In this document: positions 1 through 13,900 of the stretch, in pieces
Position numbering within the stretch: the stretch's first letter is position 1
Layout: every line of letters starts with the position of its first letter
Source of the DNA: Nitrospirales bacterium
GTDB lineage: Bacteria; Nitrospirota; Nitrospiria; Nitrospirales; UBA8639
DNA: 64,000 bases
Direction of reading: 5' to 3'
NCBI GenBank assembly: GCA_965203295.1
Contig: CBDBCZ010000016.1
Location: 416,001-480,000, forward strand
The notes under the pieces: model-generated
Databases searched by the model: none
What the model was told of the DNA's origin: nothing
The model's input: the letters and a program-made list of their open reading frames with translations, nothing else
Translations under genes and position numbers: made by a program

Positions 1-400
1 GCTACCATAGCACGGTGCATGGATACGGGACCTTTTGAGATGTGCTGGGGTGTCGCCCTTCGAGAAGGGTATATCTGTGGCAGAAATTCTGAGGACTGCA
101 GACTGGTCTGCTGAATCCACATTTAGACGTTTTTATTATAAACCAGAATCTTGAAATTCTGGATTTGCACATGCTGTATTGAGCCAAAAGTCTCAGTGAT
201 TCTTTCTGTCTTACAAAAGAAATTTCTTTTGTTTCAATGCCATAAAGGCACCGTATGCATGCAGGCATGCTTAATTCTTATGTAAATATTCTCTAAAGTG
301 AGAACCAGTCAGGCATTATTAACATGTCGGAAAACTCACTGTATATAAATTGCTTTGAACAACACACTGTCATGTTGAGGCTGGAGCCTCCGAAGTACAA

Positions 401-750
401 TTGGAGATTTTGCCAGGGTCCGCAGGACCTGCAGTGAGGTCTTAATTGTATGAGGAGGTGGAAGCCGATACATGACAGTGTCCCTCCCAACAGAGCTCTT
501 ATCACGTCTGTTTATCCCCCCTCCTATGCAGTCATCTGAAGCTCACAGGAAAGAAGACTGAGGGGTAATGCATTCCATCATAGTTACCTGGGAAACCGCG
601 CCATAAAATGCACGTGACTATTTATTAACCTTTGAACCTGCTGTCAGTGGGCGGGGCTGAAGGCTAAACACACTGTCATGTATCGGCTTCCACCTCCTCA
701 TACAATTAAGACCTCACTGCAGGTCCTGCGGACCCTGGCAAAATCTCCAA
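401..750. repeat. 81-bp perfect inverted duplication (401-481 / 670-750)
   Basis: ttggagattttgccagggtcc...gatacatgacagtgt at 401-481 is the exact reverse complement of 670-750. The spacer is 188 bp. Confidence 0.9.
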
Positions 751-985
751 GTGTAGATAGTTGCATGAGCAGAAATTACTTAATTCAGAAATCCACTGCT
801 GCCTTCAATTAACCACAATTGCACGGCTTCCTGCAGCTGCCTATATAGCTCCTGACATGACTGCTCCACGTTCAATTTTTTTTTATGATGTAAGACTTAT
901 TATTGTTCAATAATTAAAAAGTGCAATGTACATGCAAGTGCACTGCCATGCAATGTCTGGACGGTCACTCTTGATTCCCTCCCAT

Positions 986-1154
986 TAGTAGGGAAAATTC
1001 AGTGGGGGGTCACTGTTTATCCCCTCCCCCTGCCATAAGTAGGGGACGCGGAGTGGGGGGGCCACTGCGCATTCCCTACAGTACTAGTAGGGAAAGCGGA
1101 GTGGGGGGGCCATTGCGCGCTCCCTTCTGTATGCGAAGGGGAAGCGGAGTGGGA
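986..1154 (+). repeat. ~50-bp degenerate G-rich tandem repeat (~3.5 copies)
   Basis: Recurring AGTAGGG..GCGGAGTGGGGGGGCCA(C/T)TGCGC. Confidence 0.7.
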
Positions 1155-1388
1155 TAAATTACAAAATAATGTAAAGTTATTAAAACCCTTTCGGGGGTCA
1201 AGTGTTGCAATTATTATTTATTATTATTTTTATGGTACTGCACTGTCAGATTGCAGTTCAATTATTAGCTTCGCCCATGTTTTATGTTTTACTGCCAGGT
1301 TGGAGATAATTTGTGAGCTAAATGGACCTACTAGTTTTATAAATTTTTAAATTCTAACTAAAGCACATCAGTCATCCTGGCGTCGGTG

Positions 1389-2224
1389 ATGCAGACGTCT
1401 CGGGGTGCAAGGGCGGCCGCGGTGGTCTTGTGCGTTTGGTGTTTGCTGTGTTGCGGCAGGGTCGCTGCTGGGAAGGGTGGAGACCTGGACGTAAGCTGCG
1501 ATGAGCTCTGTTATACGGCTTGCAAGTGATGTAATCTGTTTCCATCCAACAGACCTGCATGCGGCTCTACGGTGGAAGCAGTGACTCAGTTCCAGACGTC
1601 CTCTACTACCGGACCACGCCCCCCAATGGCTCTGAGGGCATGCAGTATGCCTGGAGCACGGTCGGGGCCCCCACTCTCTTCTTCTCACACGGCCCAGTCC
1701 CCCCGTACTGCAACTCCAGCGTGCTGTCAATCAACTCAGAGGAGTACCGGGAAGACCAGGCTTACCACTCCGTCAACATCTCTGGAACTGACGGAGCGTT
1801 TGCCATGGCCGTCGTGCTCAATAGACTGATTGAGTTTAATGTGACAAAGCGCTTCAAGAGTGCTGATGGGTTCGACCCCGCCAAAGCCTTCAACGATAGC
1901 TCGGGGTATAGCAGCTACTATCTGAACGACACGTGGTCCTTCTCGAACAAGAGCCTGGTGTTTCAGTTGGAGGACAACTCAAACCAAAGCAACTTCACCG
2001 ATAAACCCTTTAAATTCTCCATCCGAGTAAGATCATAACTGATTTGAGCTAGTGAGTTGCCTCTTGTGACCTCCTCCCTCCTCTCTCCTCTCTCCTCTCT
2101 CAGGCAACGTTCCCTACCAGGGCGGCTAAGCAGCGGCTGCGCTACTTCCCTAAAATCCTCTATACTGAGAACTCCACCACCTTTGACCTCATTGTTGAGA
2201 ACTACCCCTACACGATGACCCCGA
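1389..2224 (+). CDS. GLMP: Glycosylated lysosomal membrane protein (NCU-G1 family), 5' part only. Exons 1389-1490, 1553-2026, 2104-~2224.
   Basis: Signal-peptide exon MQTSRGARAAAVVLCVWCLLCC... followed by in-phase GT-AG introns. Motifs QYAWSTVGAPT, AVVLNRLIEF and PKILYTENSTTFDL resemble GLMP HYVWSSLGP, ALVFTRLLEF and PRLLHTADTCQL. Many N-x-S/T sequons. No downstream transmembrane exons found in the window. Confidence 0.8.
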
Positions 2225-2736
2225 GTGCGTGTGCATGTGCGTGTGCGTGTCTTTGGGTGTATGCGATCAAAAGAAAGGTTCCTTTAAAACGACACAGTTA
2301 ATGCGAGATCTAAGAGTTGATATTTCCCCGTTTCAGCAGCAGTTCTGAAAGAGTAGTCCCCATTCCATTCCAGTCCACTGACCTCCAGAATGTATTCCTG
2401 CCCAGTGAGTTCAAAGGTGTGGCCTGCCATGGAGAATCCAAAGGAAGGTAGACTAGCCACCTTGTCACAGTCCACCACATACTGGGGGTGGGAAGGAGAG
2501 ATGGTACAATAAAGTCCCACGGACAAATCTTGGCTCTGACTAGTGAATTAAACTTAGTTCTCAAAACAGGCTCATTACACATTGTAATAGTTCCATTGCA
2601 AGCTTTGGTGGAGGGTTTGGGTACACATGTACATTGTATATCTGTGGATATTACATTAGACGCAGCTGTGACAACTTTGAACTCTATGCGCTTTGACAAT
2701 CTGGCCCCATACAGTAGGTACATAACGTCTTAAATG

Positions 2737-2885
2737 CACTAGCTCCACCCACTAAAGTCACTAGCTCCACTCACTAAAGTCACTAGCTCCACCCACTAAA
2801 ATCACTGGCTCCGCCCACTAAAATTCACTAACTCCACCCACTAAATTCACTAGCTACACCCACTAAATTCACTAGCTCCACCCAC
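2737..2885. repeat. 22-bp minisatellite (CACTAGCTCCACCCACTAAA(G/T)T) x~7 in a cathepsin D intron
   Basis: Direct tandem copies. The last copy contains the splice donor of the 3033-2886 exon. Confidence 0.9.
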
Positions 2886-3031
2886 TGCTCTCTCCTGAGG
2901 ATTCAGTTTAGCTCTGATCTGCTTGTTCAGTGCCTCGACTTCAGTTGGCGGGCCAACGATCAGGGAGGTGCCAGTGTCAGCAACCGCTCCACAACCACTG
3001 GTGCAGTAGCTCTTCCTACCACCTACCAGAA

Positions 3032-3255
<224 letters not shown>

Positions 3256-3903
3256 GCATTAGTGCATCAGTGATAGTGTGCGCATCAAGGTACTGTTCTG
3301 CATGCGAGTGACAAGTCTTCGAGAAAGACGCCTGAGGTGTATGGCTCACCCATCCATGCCGAACTGCCAGTAAGTCTCGGCGCTCAGATGAACAATCTGC
3401 AAGTCTCCGGAAAAGTGATTGGGGTCTGTGCCTCCCAACAGGAGCTCTCCTCCAAGTTCGATTCTACTTTTTTCATCTCTGTGTGTGAGCGTGTGTGTAT
3501 GTGTGTGAGTGTGTGTGTGTGTGTGTGTGTGAGTACGCACAGGAGCATGGGTTAATTATTCATGATGAGTTCTTTATGAGGACTTGTATGTACATACGTG
3601 ATACTCTAAGATCACACAGTCTTTATGGTGGAATACATAACTTGTACATGACCGGAATTCCCTAACTGATCACATGACTGTCACATGATCTCCACACCAA
3701 CCTGCCAAGGTAGAATCTGAACACAGATTTTTTGACAAGTCCCTGGGTGATCATATTCTGAAAGACGGGAGTGACATGGTCCGTTGAAATGGACGGCCAC
3801 GCCATACCCAGGATCCCGTCAAACTTGGCATCAACGAAAGCAGTTCCAGGCTGTTCTACGGCTTCAACAAATATCTGCCTCTTCACCGACAGTCCAGCCA
3901 TCT

Positions 3904-4105
<202 letters not shown>

Positions 4106-5219
4106 ACTATTACACTGAAAGCAAAGTAGTGAAGGGTGGACGTTCAGTAGACTTACGGCTATGGTGTCCTGGCTGAGAAAGCCACTCAGACTGCCGGAGC
4201 CGTACTTGATGTGAAACTTCTTCCCATTAGGTACGTTAGTACTTGATCTGTTGTGGTAGTACTGATTATGACGTTCTGAAGGAAGAGGGGGGGAGGGGTT
4301 GCGAGGGAGGGGAGGAGAGGAGAGGGGAGGGTGAGGAGAGGGGAGGAGAGGATAGGGGAGGGATGAGAGGTCATAGGAGAGTGTGAGGAGGCAAGAAAAG
4401 GAGGGAGATATCACTTCAAAAAAGAAGGTATGGGTTCGAAATATACTGAGACGATTAACTTGCAAAACTCAAGTTTGGGAACCTACTACTCTACTGGGAT
4501 GAGGTGTGAACCAACTCTATAAAGCTGCTGATCAAAGTCACTCACTCTCTACCCAAATGATATAATTGCCAATACTCACATGAAAGGCAAATTTAAGCCA
4601 TCACATGACTGAGAGTAGCACAGCCTTTACGATTAGTTATCATAACATTTCCTCTTGACACGCTGCAGTCTGACCATGAATCTGGTTGGACATTCCTGAG
4701 GTTCATGCAAGCACTGGTCATGCAGCCATTATGCTACCTACATGTATATAGCCTGAGAATGACGTTACGGGCTGTCATATTAAGTATTGTCGTACAGAAG
4801 TTTATAAATGGGAAACTGTCACACACACAATCATACTGCAGTATTGGCATAATTACATGTACACGTATGTCAAATGCTTGATTCTAAGAGTGCTTTGTGA
4901 GCGTGTGCATGTGTGCATGAATCAGTGGCCAGTATAGGTACCAGTAACACAGTGTGTGGCTCAAGGGAGTTCATTAAGACTGCATGCGGTAAAAAATGCG
5001 ACCAATGCAGACGGTTGTGGGTTCAGTTGCAGAGGGAGTGCTTTAAGAATGCGGAAAACATTAGCGAATTTGCTGACTAGTTTCGCATTGTTGACCAAGC
5101 ATTAGGAAACCCATTAGTGCTGGTCAATGGTAATAGGTTTTCCTCATTCTTATTTGGTCAAGAATGCGAGACTAATGCAAACTATAATTAATTTGCATAA
5201 CAGCATTAAATTTCTAGAG

Positions 5220-5910
5220 TTCCTGCCCCATGACATCATTGGTATTTTATAGACAGTAGCTCTTCAGATGGAGTAAGTTTTCACATCATCTATCAGCACC
5301 ATTGCACACACACCACAGCTACTAGCACTGCCACCTCGCTCGCACTCCATGACAGCTACTGAATGAAAAATCTTACATTCCAACCCCCTGTTCTGAATCT
5401 AGGTTAAAGCCAAGTCAATGGCAAAGCCATTGCTCATGGCTCATTTTGCAGACAGGATGGGGCATTGGCCGAGGGAAGCTGCTGCATTCCGAGGCAAGCG
5501 GCTGGAGAAGGCTCTGTCAGAAAGGGTGTCTAGCTAGAGTCTCTGGCAAGGACAGAAGGCAACAGAGCTGAGCTGCGGTTTCTCCCACTTGTGTGAGCGC
5601 TAGAAGGCAGACGGCACATTCGAGCACGTGAGTTTAACTATAGTTAAACTCACGTGCTCGAATGTGCATACATGTACACATGTAGCTAGCTACAATGTAG
5701 CTACATGTCACTTCTTCTGACAGCTTGCCTGTGATTGGCCCCTACATGAAAGAGTACCACAATGCATTCAAACGATGCGAGCGTGAGTTAGTTAGAGATG
5801 TAGGTGTGAACATGATGAGTGATAACCTCTCCAGCAGGTGAGCGTCAATTAGAGATGTCTAGGCCCGTGTCTAATGCGACTGTAGAATATTCGGGCAGGA
5901 AGCCATAGTA
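5220..5910 (+). repeat. Segmental duplicate of ~25575-26280
   Basis: Near-identical runs, e.g. gagggaagctgctgcattccgaggcaagcggctggagaaggctctgtcagaaagggtgtctagctagag in both. Confidence 0.85.
5614..5667. repeat. 54-bp perfect palindrome
   Basis: gcacattcgagcacgtgagtttaacta|tagttaaactcacgtgctcgaatgtgc. Confidence 0.95.
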
Positions 5911-6431
5911 GGGATACCTTAAGGTGACTATTGTTTGAGGGTACTAATTCAGCGTAAATTAGCGATTTTGAAAAATTCGCTATTTGTAGGCCTGCAAAAA
6001 TTATTCATGTGTGAACAAGCTATGCACACTTAAATTAACGTCCATGCATACTTACAGTGCCCACTTTTTTACACACGTATACCAATACAGTACACACTTG
6101 TACAAACTGCGTAGTTGTATTTCACGTAGTATTGCGACACGGTGTTTTAAATCACCACCCTCCGAATCCACTATATGTCCAATCTGTTGTCATGCACTTC
6201 AAACAGGAGCGCACAATGACGTAAGAAAAAGGTCATTATGCGCTCCTGCTTCAAATAATAGTCACCTTATGGTAAGTGGCAGTATAAATTATAGGCAAGT
6301 CTTGTATATTATAGCATGTTACAATTAGTAATAACTGCTCCATTGCCACCCAAGTTGCTTTTGACATAGCTTCCATAGAAGCCTCCAAAAATTCAAACAG
6401 TAGTGTAAGTAGTACATGCATGATATATATG

Positions 6432-7876
6432 TATCATGGAGTACGGTAGTACTCCATATGTAGGGATGGCTCCAAAACAAAATGGCGTCTCCATTAACTG
6501 TGTATAAAATTATATGTTCATTACACTGCTGTAGGCGTAGTCTAGGGCGAATATGAGCCCTACCAGTTATTATCAGGCGTTTTTATCACTAATCAGACTG
6601 TTAGCGCTGCTAAAGAACATCACTTAAGTACCAAACCGGCAAGTAGCAAATCGGGCACATTCGGCTATCTTCTGATTCTGATTCTTCTTCAGCCAGGCTA
6701 GCGCAATAACGGCTGAGGCAATCACAATGATTCAAGCACGAAGACGCTGGATATTCCCTGGGGTATTGCACTCGCAGCATAGCGTTTTCAAAGAAACGAA
6801 TAGGTTCGGCAGTCATTCACGAGTACTCTTGAGCGGAAGCTCGCCGTTGCACGCCATTTAATGACTTGCATTACGTAATGCTTAGACTGCACGTGTTCGA
6901 ATTCGTCTATTTAATGCCTACCTTTGATCGTGCAGTACAGTCTGCTCGGGCCTGAGCTGCGAGTTGCATCCCCTGGTTCGTTACTGCGTAAGTTACACAA
7001 ACTTTAGCTATAAAATGAAGACACTTTACTCACATGGCAGATTATATTTGTTTGGTGAACGGTTTCTGGCCAGAGGTGCTGCTGAAGAAATTATAGTATT
7101 ACCGGTAAACGAAATTCTTGTGTAGCCAGACTAACCGGTGTCATAAGAAAAAGACTCCATTTGTAAGTACCCTAAATACGTTGTAATGGGATGAATAATA
7201 CTGTAGGGAGCAGACAGCTATTTGCAGTACACGTCTTTGTCCTTGGCGAGTGCATGCAGTGCCATGTCATTTATGGAACTGTCCACGCACAGCCATTTAT
7301 GACTGATACAATTGCCCCCAATGAAACACGGACACTGCACTGCAACTACTGCACTCTACAACTAGCCACTCGATCAATACCGCACATGCATATTGCTCAT
7401 GCATACCCCACAAACCACACTTCTGTAGATGTTCACAATGGTCCTCCCCCGACAAAAAAAGAGCAGGAACAAGTTTTAGAAAAATCATTTAACACCCAGT
7501 ATCACTCTACTCGTACCAACACGTTCACATACTTCCATACATCTGCAACAGTATACATCACAACACTTCTTTATACACAATAAAACACCCCACATGTACG
7601 TCCTTGTACACAAACACAAAACAATCCAAACTCAGAAATCTACCGGCCAACCCCACTCATAATAACATCAACACTCCATAACACTCCAAACCCTTTCATG
7701 CCATCTCCCCCCAAAAAAACGCCCCAAAACAAGTTACAGAAAAAGCACTTTCCAAAAAGTGCAGAAACCAGTCATGTAGGGATGCACTACCAGCAAAAAA
7801 CACTTCCTCAAAAACCAACGAAACAAGCGACAATGCACACCGGAAGGCGTGCACAGACTATCCACATATCACTGTG
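6432..7876 (+). mobile_element. Unclassified interspersed repeat family ('TGTAGGGATG' family), copy 1
   Basis: Starts with the hairpin ATGGAGTAC-GGTA-GTACTCCAT then ATGTAGGGATGG. Colinear with the copies at 24270, 26420 and (inverted) 30690-31235. Confidence 0.65.
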
Positions 7877-8164
7877 TAATTAGAACACATGAATACCATT
7901 ACAGCTGTAAGTGGTATTCTCACCCAACATGGACCTATAGGCCAGAGGAGGTTGGACACACATTCCTTAACGTGCGCAGTCACGTGCCCTTTGCTGCACT
8001 TAATTACATTCCACATTGTATACCATTCCAGCATGCAATCAGCTCACTGAGAAGCTAACAAGTACAGATTAATGCTAGGTAGGCATCAACAAAGAGGTAT
8101 ATACATGATTTAGCAAGCACCAAAAAGACTTACTGTTCAGCAATTCAAGTAATTCTGTGAGGTG

Positions 8165-8773
8165 CTGTCATAGTAACAATGGACCCCCTCAAAATTGGTT
8201 CCCCCCGGAACCAATTTATCGAAAAATATGGACCCCTGGAACTTACTTCACTGCTAAATTTGGATCCCCTCTGAAAAATTTGGACCCCTGCCGAAATTAT
8301 TGTTTTAATGAATATGGACCCCCCAGAACTTTTTCTCTGGAAAATATGGACTCGCTCTGTCATTCTCTTGTACGTCTCAGTCACTTCGAAGTGACCTGAA
8401 GTTGGGCTCAGAGTGGCAAGCTTTCAGCACCCTTCTCTGCTCTTGTAGCGACACAACAACTTTCGCCTTCGTTTTACTGCCAGCTTCCTGACAGCTCTTT
8501 CCTTTTCTTTCATGAGCTCCGGGTTAGTAAGCATACCGAACGGTATATTCACGTACCTTTTTTCTTTTTCTTTTTTTTGCTGTCGCTCTCCGCCATTGCC
8601 GCCATCCAAAAGACAGTACATGTATACAAGATAAGCAAGAGCATCTTTTATACCCCCTTGACAGGCACGTGCAAGCCGGGGGGGGGACCAATGTTTCTGG
8701 GGGGGTCCATATATTTCAGAAAAATTCATTCCAGGGGAACGAATTTGAAGGGGGTCCAAATTAAACGTGACAG
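8165..8773. mobile_element. Non-autonomous TIR element, CTGTCA...TGACAG, 2-bp TSD (TG); EnSpm/CACTA-like
   Basis: Termini plus subterminal GGACCCC/GGGGTCC repeats. Empty site gaggtgccatagg in the paralog at ~37105. Confidence 0.75.
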
Positions 8774-10829
8774 TGCCATAGGTGTGACAGAAACACTGAC
8801 TCAAAACACAGGTAAGCATAGCTCGTTCTAAAGCTGCATTGGACTGTAGATGGTTGGAACGGATCACACCCTGTTCAGTAATTAGGGTAGTTACAACCGA
8901 CACTAATCAGGTACACACATCAAGCCATACACGTTTACGTGAGCTACGAGGCTAACCTACCACTAGCTACTATACATTTCCAATAATAGCAAAGGAACTA
9001 CAAACTGTTTAGTCTGAAAAGACCTGACAAGAAACGAGCCGAGTCTTCTACCAGTGGCTGTCACCACCCGCTTACTGCTACTCGTGGTTGAGACTGTTAC
9101 TCAGAAACAGAACCTTGATCAATATGCCCCACCCCATGACATCATTGGTATTTACAGCAACCAGCTCTTGCGTCTTTTCCCCACTGACCACTGCTACTAA
9201 CACTGCCACCTTGCTTGGACTCAACAACTGCTACCTAGCTAGGAATTGAACAGCTCCATGATATACAGTAAATGGAGTCAGTGTCATTCGCCTACATGTA
9301 CGGTAGGCTATGGCTGTGAAGAGCTAGGCTGCAGTTCTAGCGTGCCTGAATTGTTTTGCAGTTGTTTGTAGTCTCCTCTGAGTTACTGCCTCCATGTGGC
9401 TCAGGCCGGGATCTGTCAGCAGTACTACTGCCACTGGCAGATGCATATCACATGTAGATGGCACCTTTCTATCTATACAGAGCGAGTTCAAAGAGCACAA
9501 GTAGTTGCGTGAGTGAAGCGAGTACACCTGCTGGTAATTAACGGCATGTACAACCATACCAGACTCTCCCATTCTAGTCTCGTGCCCAGACCTTGGCTCC
9601 TCCCCCTTGCTGAAACGGTCTGGCGACCCAAGTTTCAGGTAGGCATGGCAAGGGAAAAGCCTAGGGTGTCATTTGGAAAATCGTCCAGGGGTGGATAAGG
9701 GGGTAATGACAAATACCAGGACAGAATTCTCAAGGGGAGGGGGGTGGAGCAAATGCCCTGCACAAGTCTCTCTGATCCCCTGTCACAGGACAGCCCTTGC
9801 GATTTAAGTTTCTGTTCTACATGTACTACAGTGGAACCCCTCTATTGTGGGGATGTGGTAAACTAGAGAGATGTCCTCATTTCAGGGGTAAGTAAATCAT
9901 TGGACCTTGAGAAGGGTTAAAGGTGTCCTTATTTCAGGGGAGTCCTTAAAGAGGGGTTCCACCGTATAGCCATGGCCACCAGAAAAATTCACACTGGCCA
10001 CATTGAGACATTAGCATGCACTGTAGCAAGGTCCTAGCATTCCACACACACTCCCTGTGCTAAAAGTCCTTGTGTTCAAACAAGTCGGCTGCTGTAGCTA
10101 TAGGATCGCTATCTGCAGAGTAACAGCCAGTCGTGCAGAGAGGATGGGTGTGTTGAAGCTACAATCCGAGGTGAGCGACTGGAGAAGGCTCTGTCACTCA
10201 CACCAGGAGCACATGGGCTTCTGGTATTATGGGAACTTATCAAATTATTGCCAATTCAGTATGACCTTTGAACCATTAATGTTCTATTCCTTTAATAGCA
10301 GTGGCAATAGCTTCTAGTGGTGGGTGATACTGATACCAATTTATAGCAGCACTTGCTCAAACCACTTGTGGGTTTCCTTGTCCATGTAATTATGGCACAT
10401 GAATATCATTACACTACAACCACTATCCTGACTACATAGGAGTCTTCTACCACTGGTTATCACTGACTACATACTGCTACTTGTGGTTGAGACTGTTGCT
10501 CAGAAAGGTAATACGAGACTTCCAATACATGTATGTCAGAAAGGTAATATGAGAGCTTCACTATGTCCTGACATCAATAATATGCAAACAGTGTTTCCAC
10601 ATTGCTACACTGAGGTGTTCTTTGTACTATGGCCTTGTTCCCAGGCCTTCCCCGCACAAACGAACGAAGTGCGGATGCTCTTAGTAAACAGGAACAGCCC
10701 GAAAACCATTATCTCCGACTTGTACAGTGAGAACTGTCATTGACTGCAGCTAGCTCAGCTAACACATGGCTTCACTGCTCAGGCACGTTGCTATGACGAT
10801 CACTCAACTAAGATGTTATCATGTCATGT

Positions 10830-10935
10830 GGGGGTGGGGGTAGGGGTAAGGATAAGGTTAAGGTTAGGGAGGGATACGTTTAGAATTAGGGTTAGGGTTG
10901 GGGATGGATAGGGGTAAGGCAGGTTATGGGTTACG
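10830..10935 (+). repeat. Degenerate interstitial (TTAGGG)n tract
   Basis: ggttaggg/ggtaagg variants. Paralogous tracts at 39205-39292 and 44652-44690. Confidence 0.75.
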
Positions 10936-13900
10936 GAGGTTTAAAATAAAGCTCACTTCCTGCCTCCTCAAACTGTCATTTCACCTGTCGAAGGTGTGGC
11001 AGACAAGGGCATATTCCACCCTGTGAAGATTATCTTTCAGGCAGTTCACTATCAGACCCTTGCTATTGGGCTTCTAAAAAATTCGAAGCCCACTGAAAAT
11101 TATACAAAAGTTGTGAAAGTCTGTTATACATGTAGTGTTCACCACGTTATATACTAGCACTTGCTGAAACTCTTGTGGTCATACAGACTGAGTGCAAATA
11201 GGACACATGAATACCAATATTGTGGAGTCTGGGGCATGGATGGCTGGGTATGAGACCATGCTTTGAGCTAGCAATTACACAATCTGTTCAGTTATCGTTT
11301 CGTAAGGAACAGCTATAACATGCAGATACAAATATTTCTAGTCTAGCGTCTCGTGCCCAGACCTCTGCTTGCTCACACACCAAACATTCACATTGTATGG
11401 CATCAAATTTCATGACCCCACGGCTGGAGCATACATGAGTCCTTCAACGAAACTACTCCAGGTTTGCACTACTGCATGATGTACACTGCCTCGTCCCCAG
11501 GCATTTATTCCAATCCTAAAGTCTGTAGCACTAATGGATTCTGAGATTAGCTACCAGAAGGGTAGATTCACGACCTTCCCTTGACGTCCAAGCACTACAA
11601 CTATATGTGCCCATCCACACACAATTATCTACCACCTTGGAAGTCACCAAAAGCAGAAAATACAGTTCTTCCAAGATTTAATTTACTGGGAATTTGCAAA
11701 CTAGCGGATACTATAGTGCAAAATCCCTCCATTAATGAATTACTGTCTGCTGCACTAGTAGAGTTTGAGAAGGTCATGAGCATCAACAGTCTGGGTTGCA
11801 ATGCATAGAAAGTGATTGCTAGAGTTTCTTGTGTATTGATAACAGAGCTTGGGCAAAGCTGGGCCAAACTATTGAACATGGTCGTGTGACAGCCTACATG
11901 TAATAATGATCATGGAGTTGCTGCCTGTACTGAAATAGTCCAACCTCCCCTGAATGGTACATATATACTGTGCATGTGTAATGTGGTACACTGAAGGTTA
12001 GATCAGGAGCATACCCAGCACTAGTCTCGCGCACAGCCCCACGTTAGAGAGGATGGTGATGGTCTGGTGCCTTGTTGCCGAGCGCCTTAGCCCGAGGCAA
12101 CTAATCCTGCATAGCATCTCGGCTGTATGTTATGTATCACCTCGTCCCCAGGCTCTCCCCTCTAAAACATTACAAGACGGGGGAGAGCACGGTATATGTA
12201 TTTTCCCTCACAGACTTCCGACTGCTTTTGTAAGCAGGCTGACTATTCTTCTCTTGGCTGCAGTTCATACCATCAGCTGAGCCACTTGTATGGACGATAT
12301 CAACCCTGATAAACCTACCAAGTATAATCTACAACACCCAGACAGTAAGAGATTTTGAATGGGGTGAGCCTGAGCCAGCTCCACACTAGTTGCATACATC
12401 AATGTATATTCTGTCCCCTGTCCATTATGGTACTTATATCTTGTACCCTCCTGGCATCGGGGAAGGGGGGGGGCAATGCAAGTGTTCAAAATAGCATCTC
12501 TGGCAGAGGAAGCATTTTGTGATTGATTGATGTGTAGTCTTCACAACAAGAGCACTCAAACACGCTTGCTGGCAGTGAAACACTTTGACATTTGAGGACA
12601 CCCCGGACCTTGCTCAAAGCATGCAAGCCGCAAATAGGAACACTAATTAAAAGAAACTGAAACAGCAGGGTTTAGTGTAGGGCATGCAAGTATTGAAGGC
12701 CATGAACCTTTAAGGGTTCAGGTAACGAGAGGGGGGGGGGGGGTATGTAGCTTCCAAGTATACATGAGAGCATGTCATTGCCTTCACATTTTGACCAAAA
12801 GACCTACGTACCCTGGGAGCTCATTGTGTCTGCAGGGGTTAATCTTTGTTTTCACAATGACACCGAAATGCTGGCATACTAGTCACTGCAATGATTGAAC
12901 AGAATCATTACTGCCAAACTCTACAGCAGCAGTGAACTGGCTTATGAAGCCACACTTATGCAGTGTCCACTTATGCAGTGTCCCCTCATCCACACACGTA
13001 GCAAGTCAGCCGTGATACTAAATTGCTACTGATGTGTAAAGCCCAACCATGCCCTCTCCAACTGTCCTTTCATCGCTGCTACCCGCTGCGCAGATCATCT
13101 TCTGTCTCGGTTCTGGTATTTGCAAGCAGTTTAACTATCAAAGACCCCATCTACTGGTTGGCAATTAAGTCACGAACAACCACTGCCCCCCGCCCCCCAT
13201 CAGAGATTCTGAAATTTGGACAGCATTTCCTAAAAGTAAGTGCATGTACATGTGTACTGGTCAGTAGTGTACAGTTATGCAGAATGGTCCGAAGCCCCAA
13301 AAAAAAATTTCTTAAAAAAACAACATTACAGTACCGCCTTCCCCATCAGATTCACTATCCCACCTTATATACCAGCACTTGCACAAAACACTTGTGGGTT
13401 TCCATGTAATAGGTAATTAGGGCACATGAATAATATCACAACAGGACAATTATGCATGGATGACTGGACATGAGACCACACATGAACCAATCACATGGGA
13501 CTGTACTCAACTTCAGCTACTGGAAAACTAGTGATATGCAGGGCATAGTGGGGCAAGCCCATGTAATAGATAATTAGGGCACATGAAGACAATTATGTGT
13601 CTGGAGCATGGAAGCCTGGGTATGAGACCATAATCTAGCTAGGCAGAACTAGCAATTACTATTTTATTTAGCTACTAGATTCAGGAACCACCTGTCTCGT
13701 ATGCCAAACGGTGTATGAAGTCAAAATTTTGACCCTACGGTTGAAGCATACGTGAGTCCTTCGAACAAAACCAGTTTGCAATACAGCACGATGTGCATCG
13801 CCTCGTCCCCAGGCTCTCCCCTTGAAACATCATAGAACGAGGGAGAGCCCGGTATATTTCCTCAAGAGATAAATTTAGCAGCAGTGAACCAACTAACAAA

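Noticed and set aside
5225..5375. B-box- or CxxCxGxG-like reading on the minus strand (SSCHGVRARWQC..., YQ*CHGAG)
   Set aside because: Stops occur at the same positions in several paralogs and the motif requires mixing frames.
6610..6816. Recurrent peptide FFENAMLRVQYPREYPACSRL (also at 24451, 26548 and 30714)
   Set aside because: Explained by DNA-level copies of one repeat. Starts, stops and frames differ among copies.
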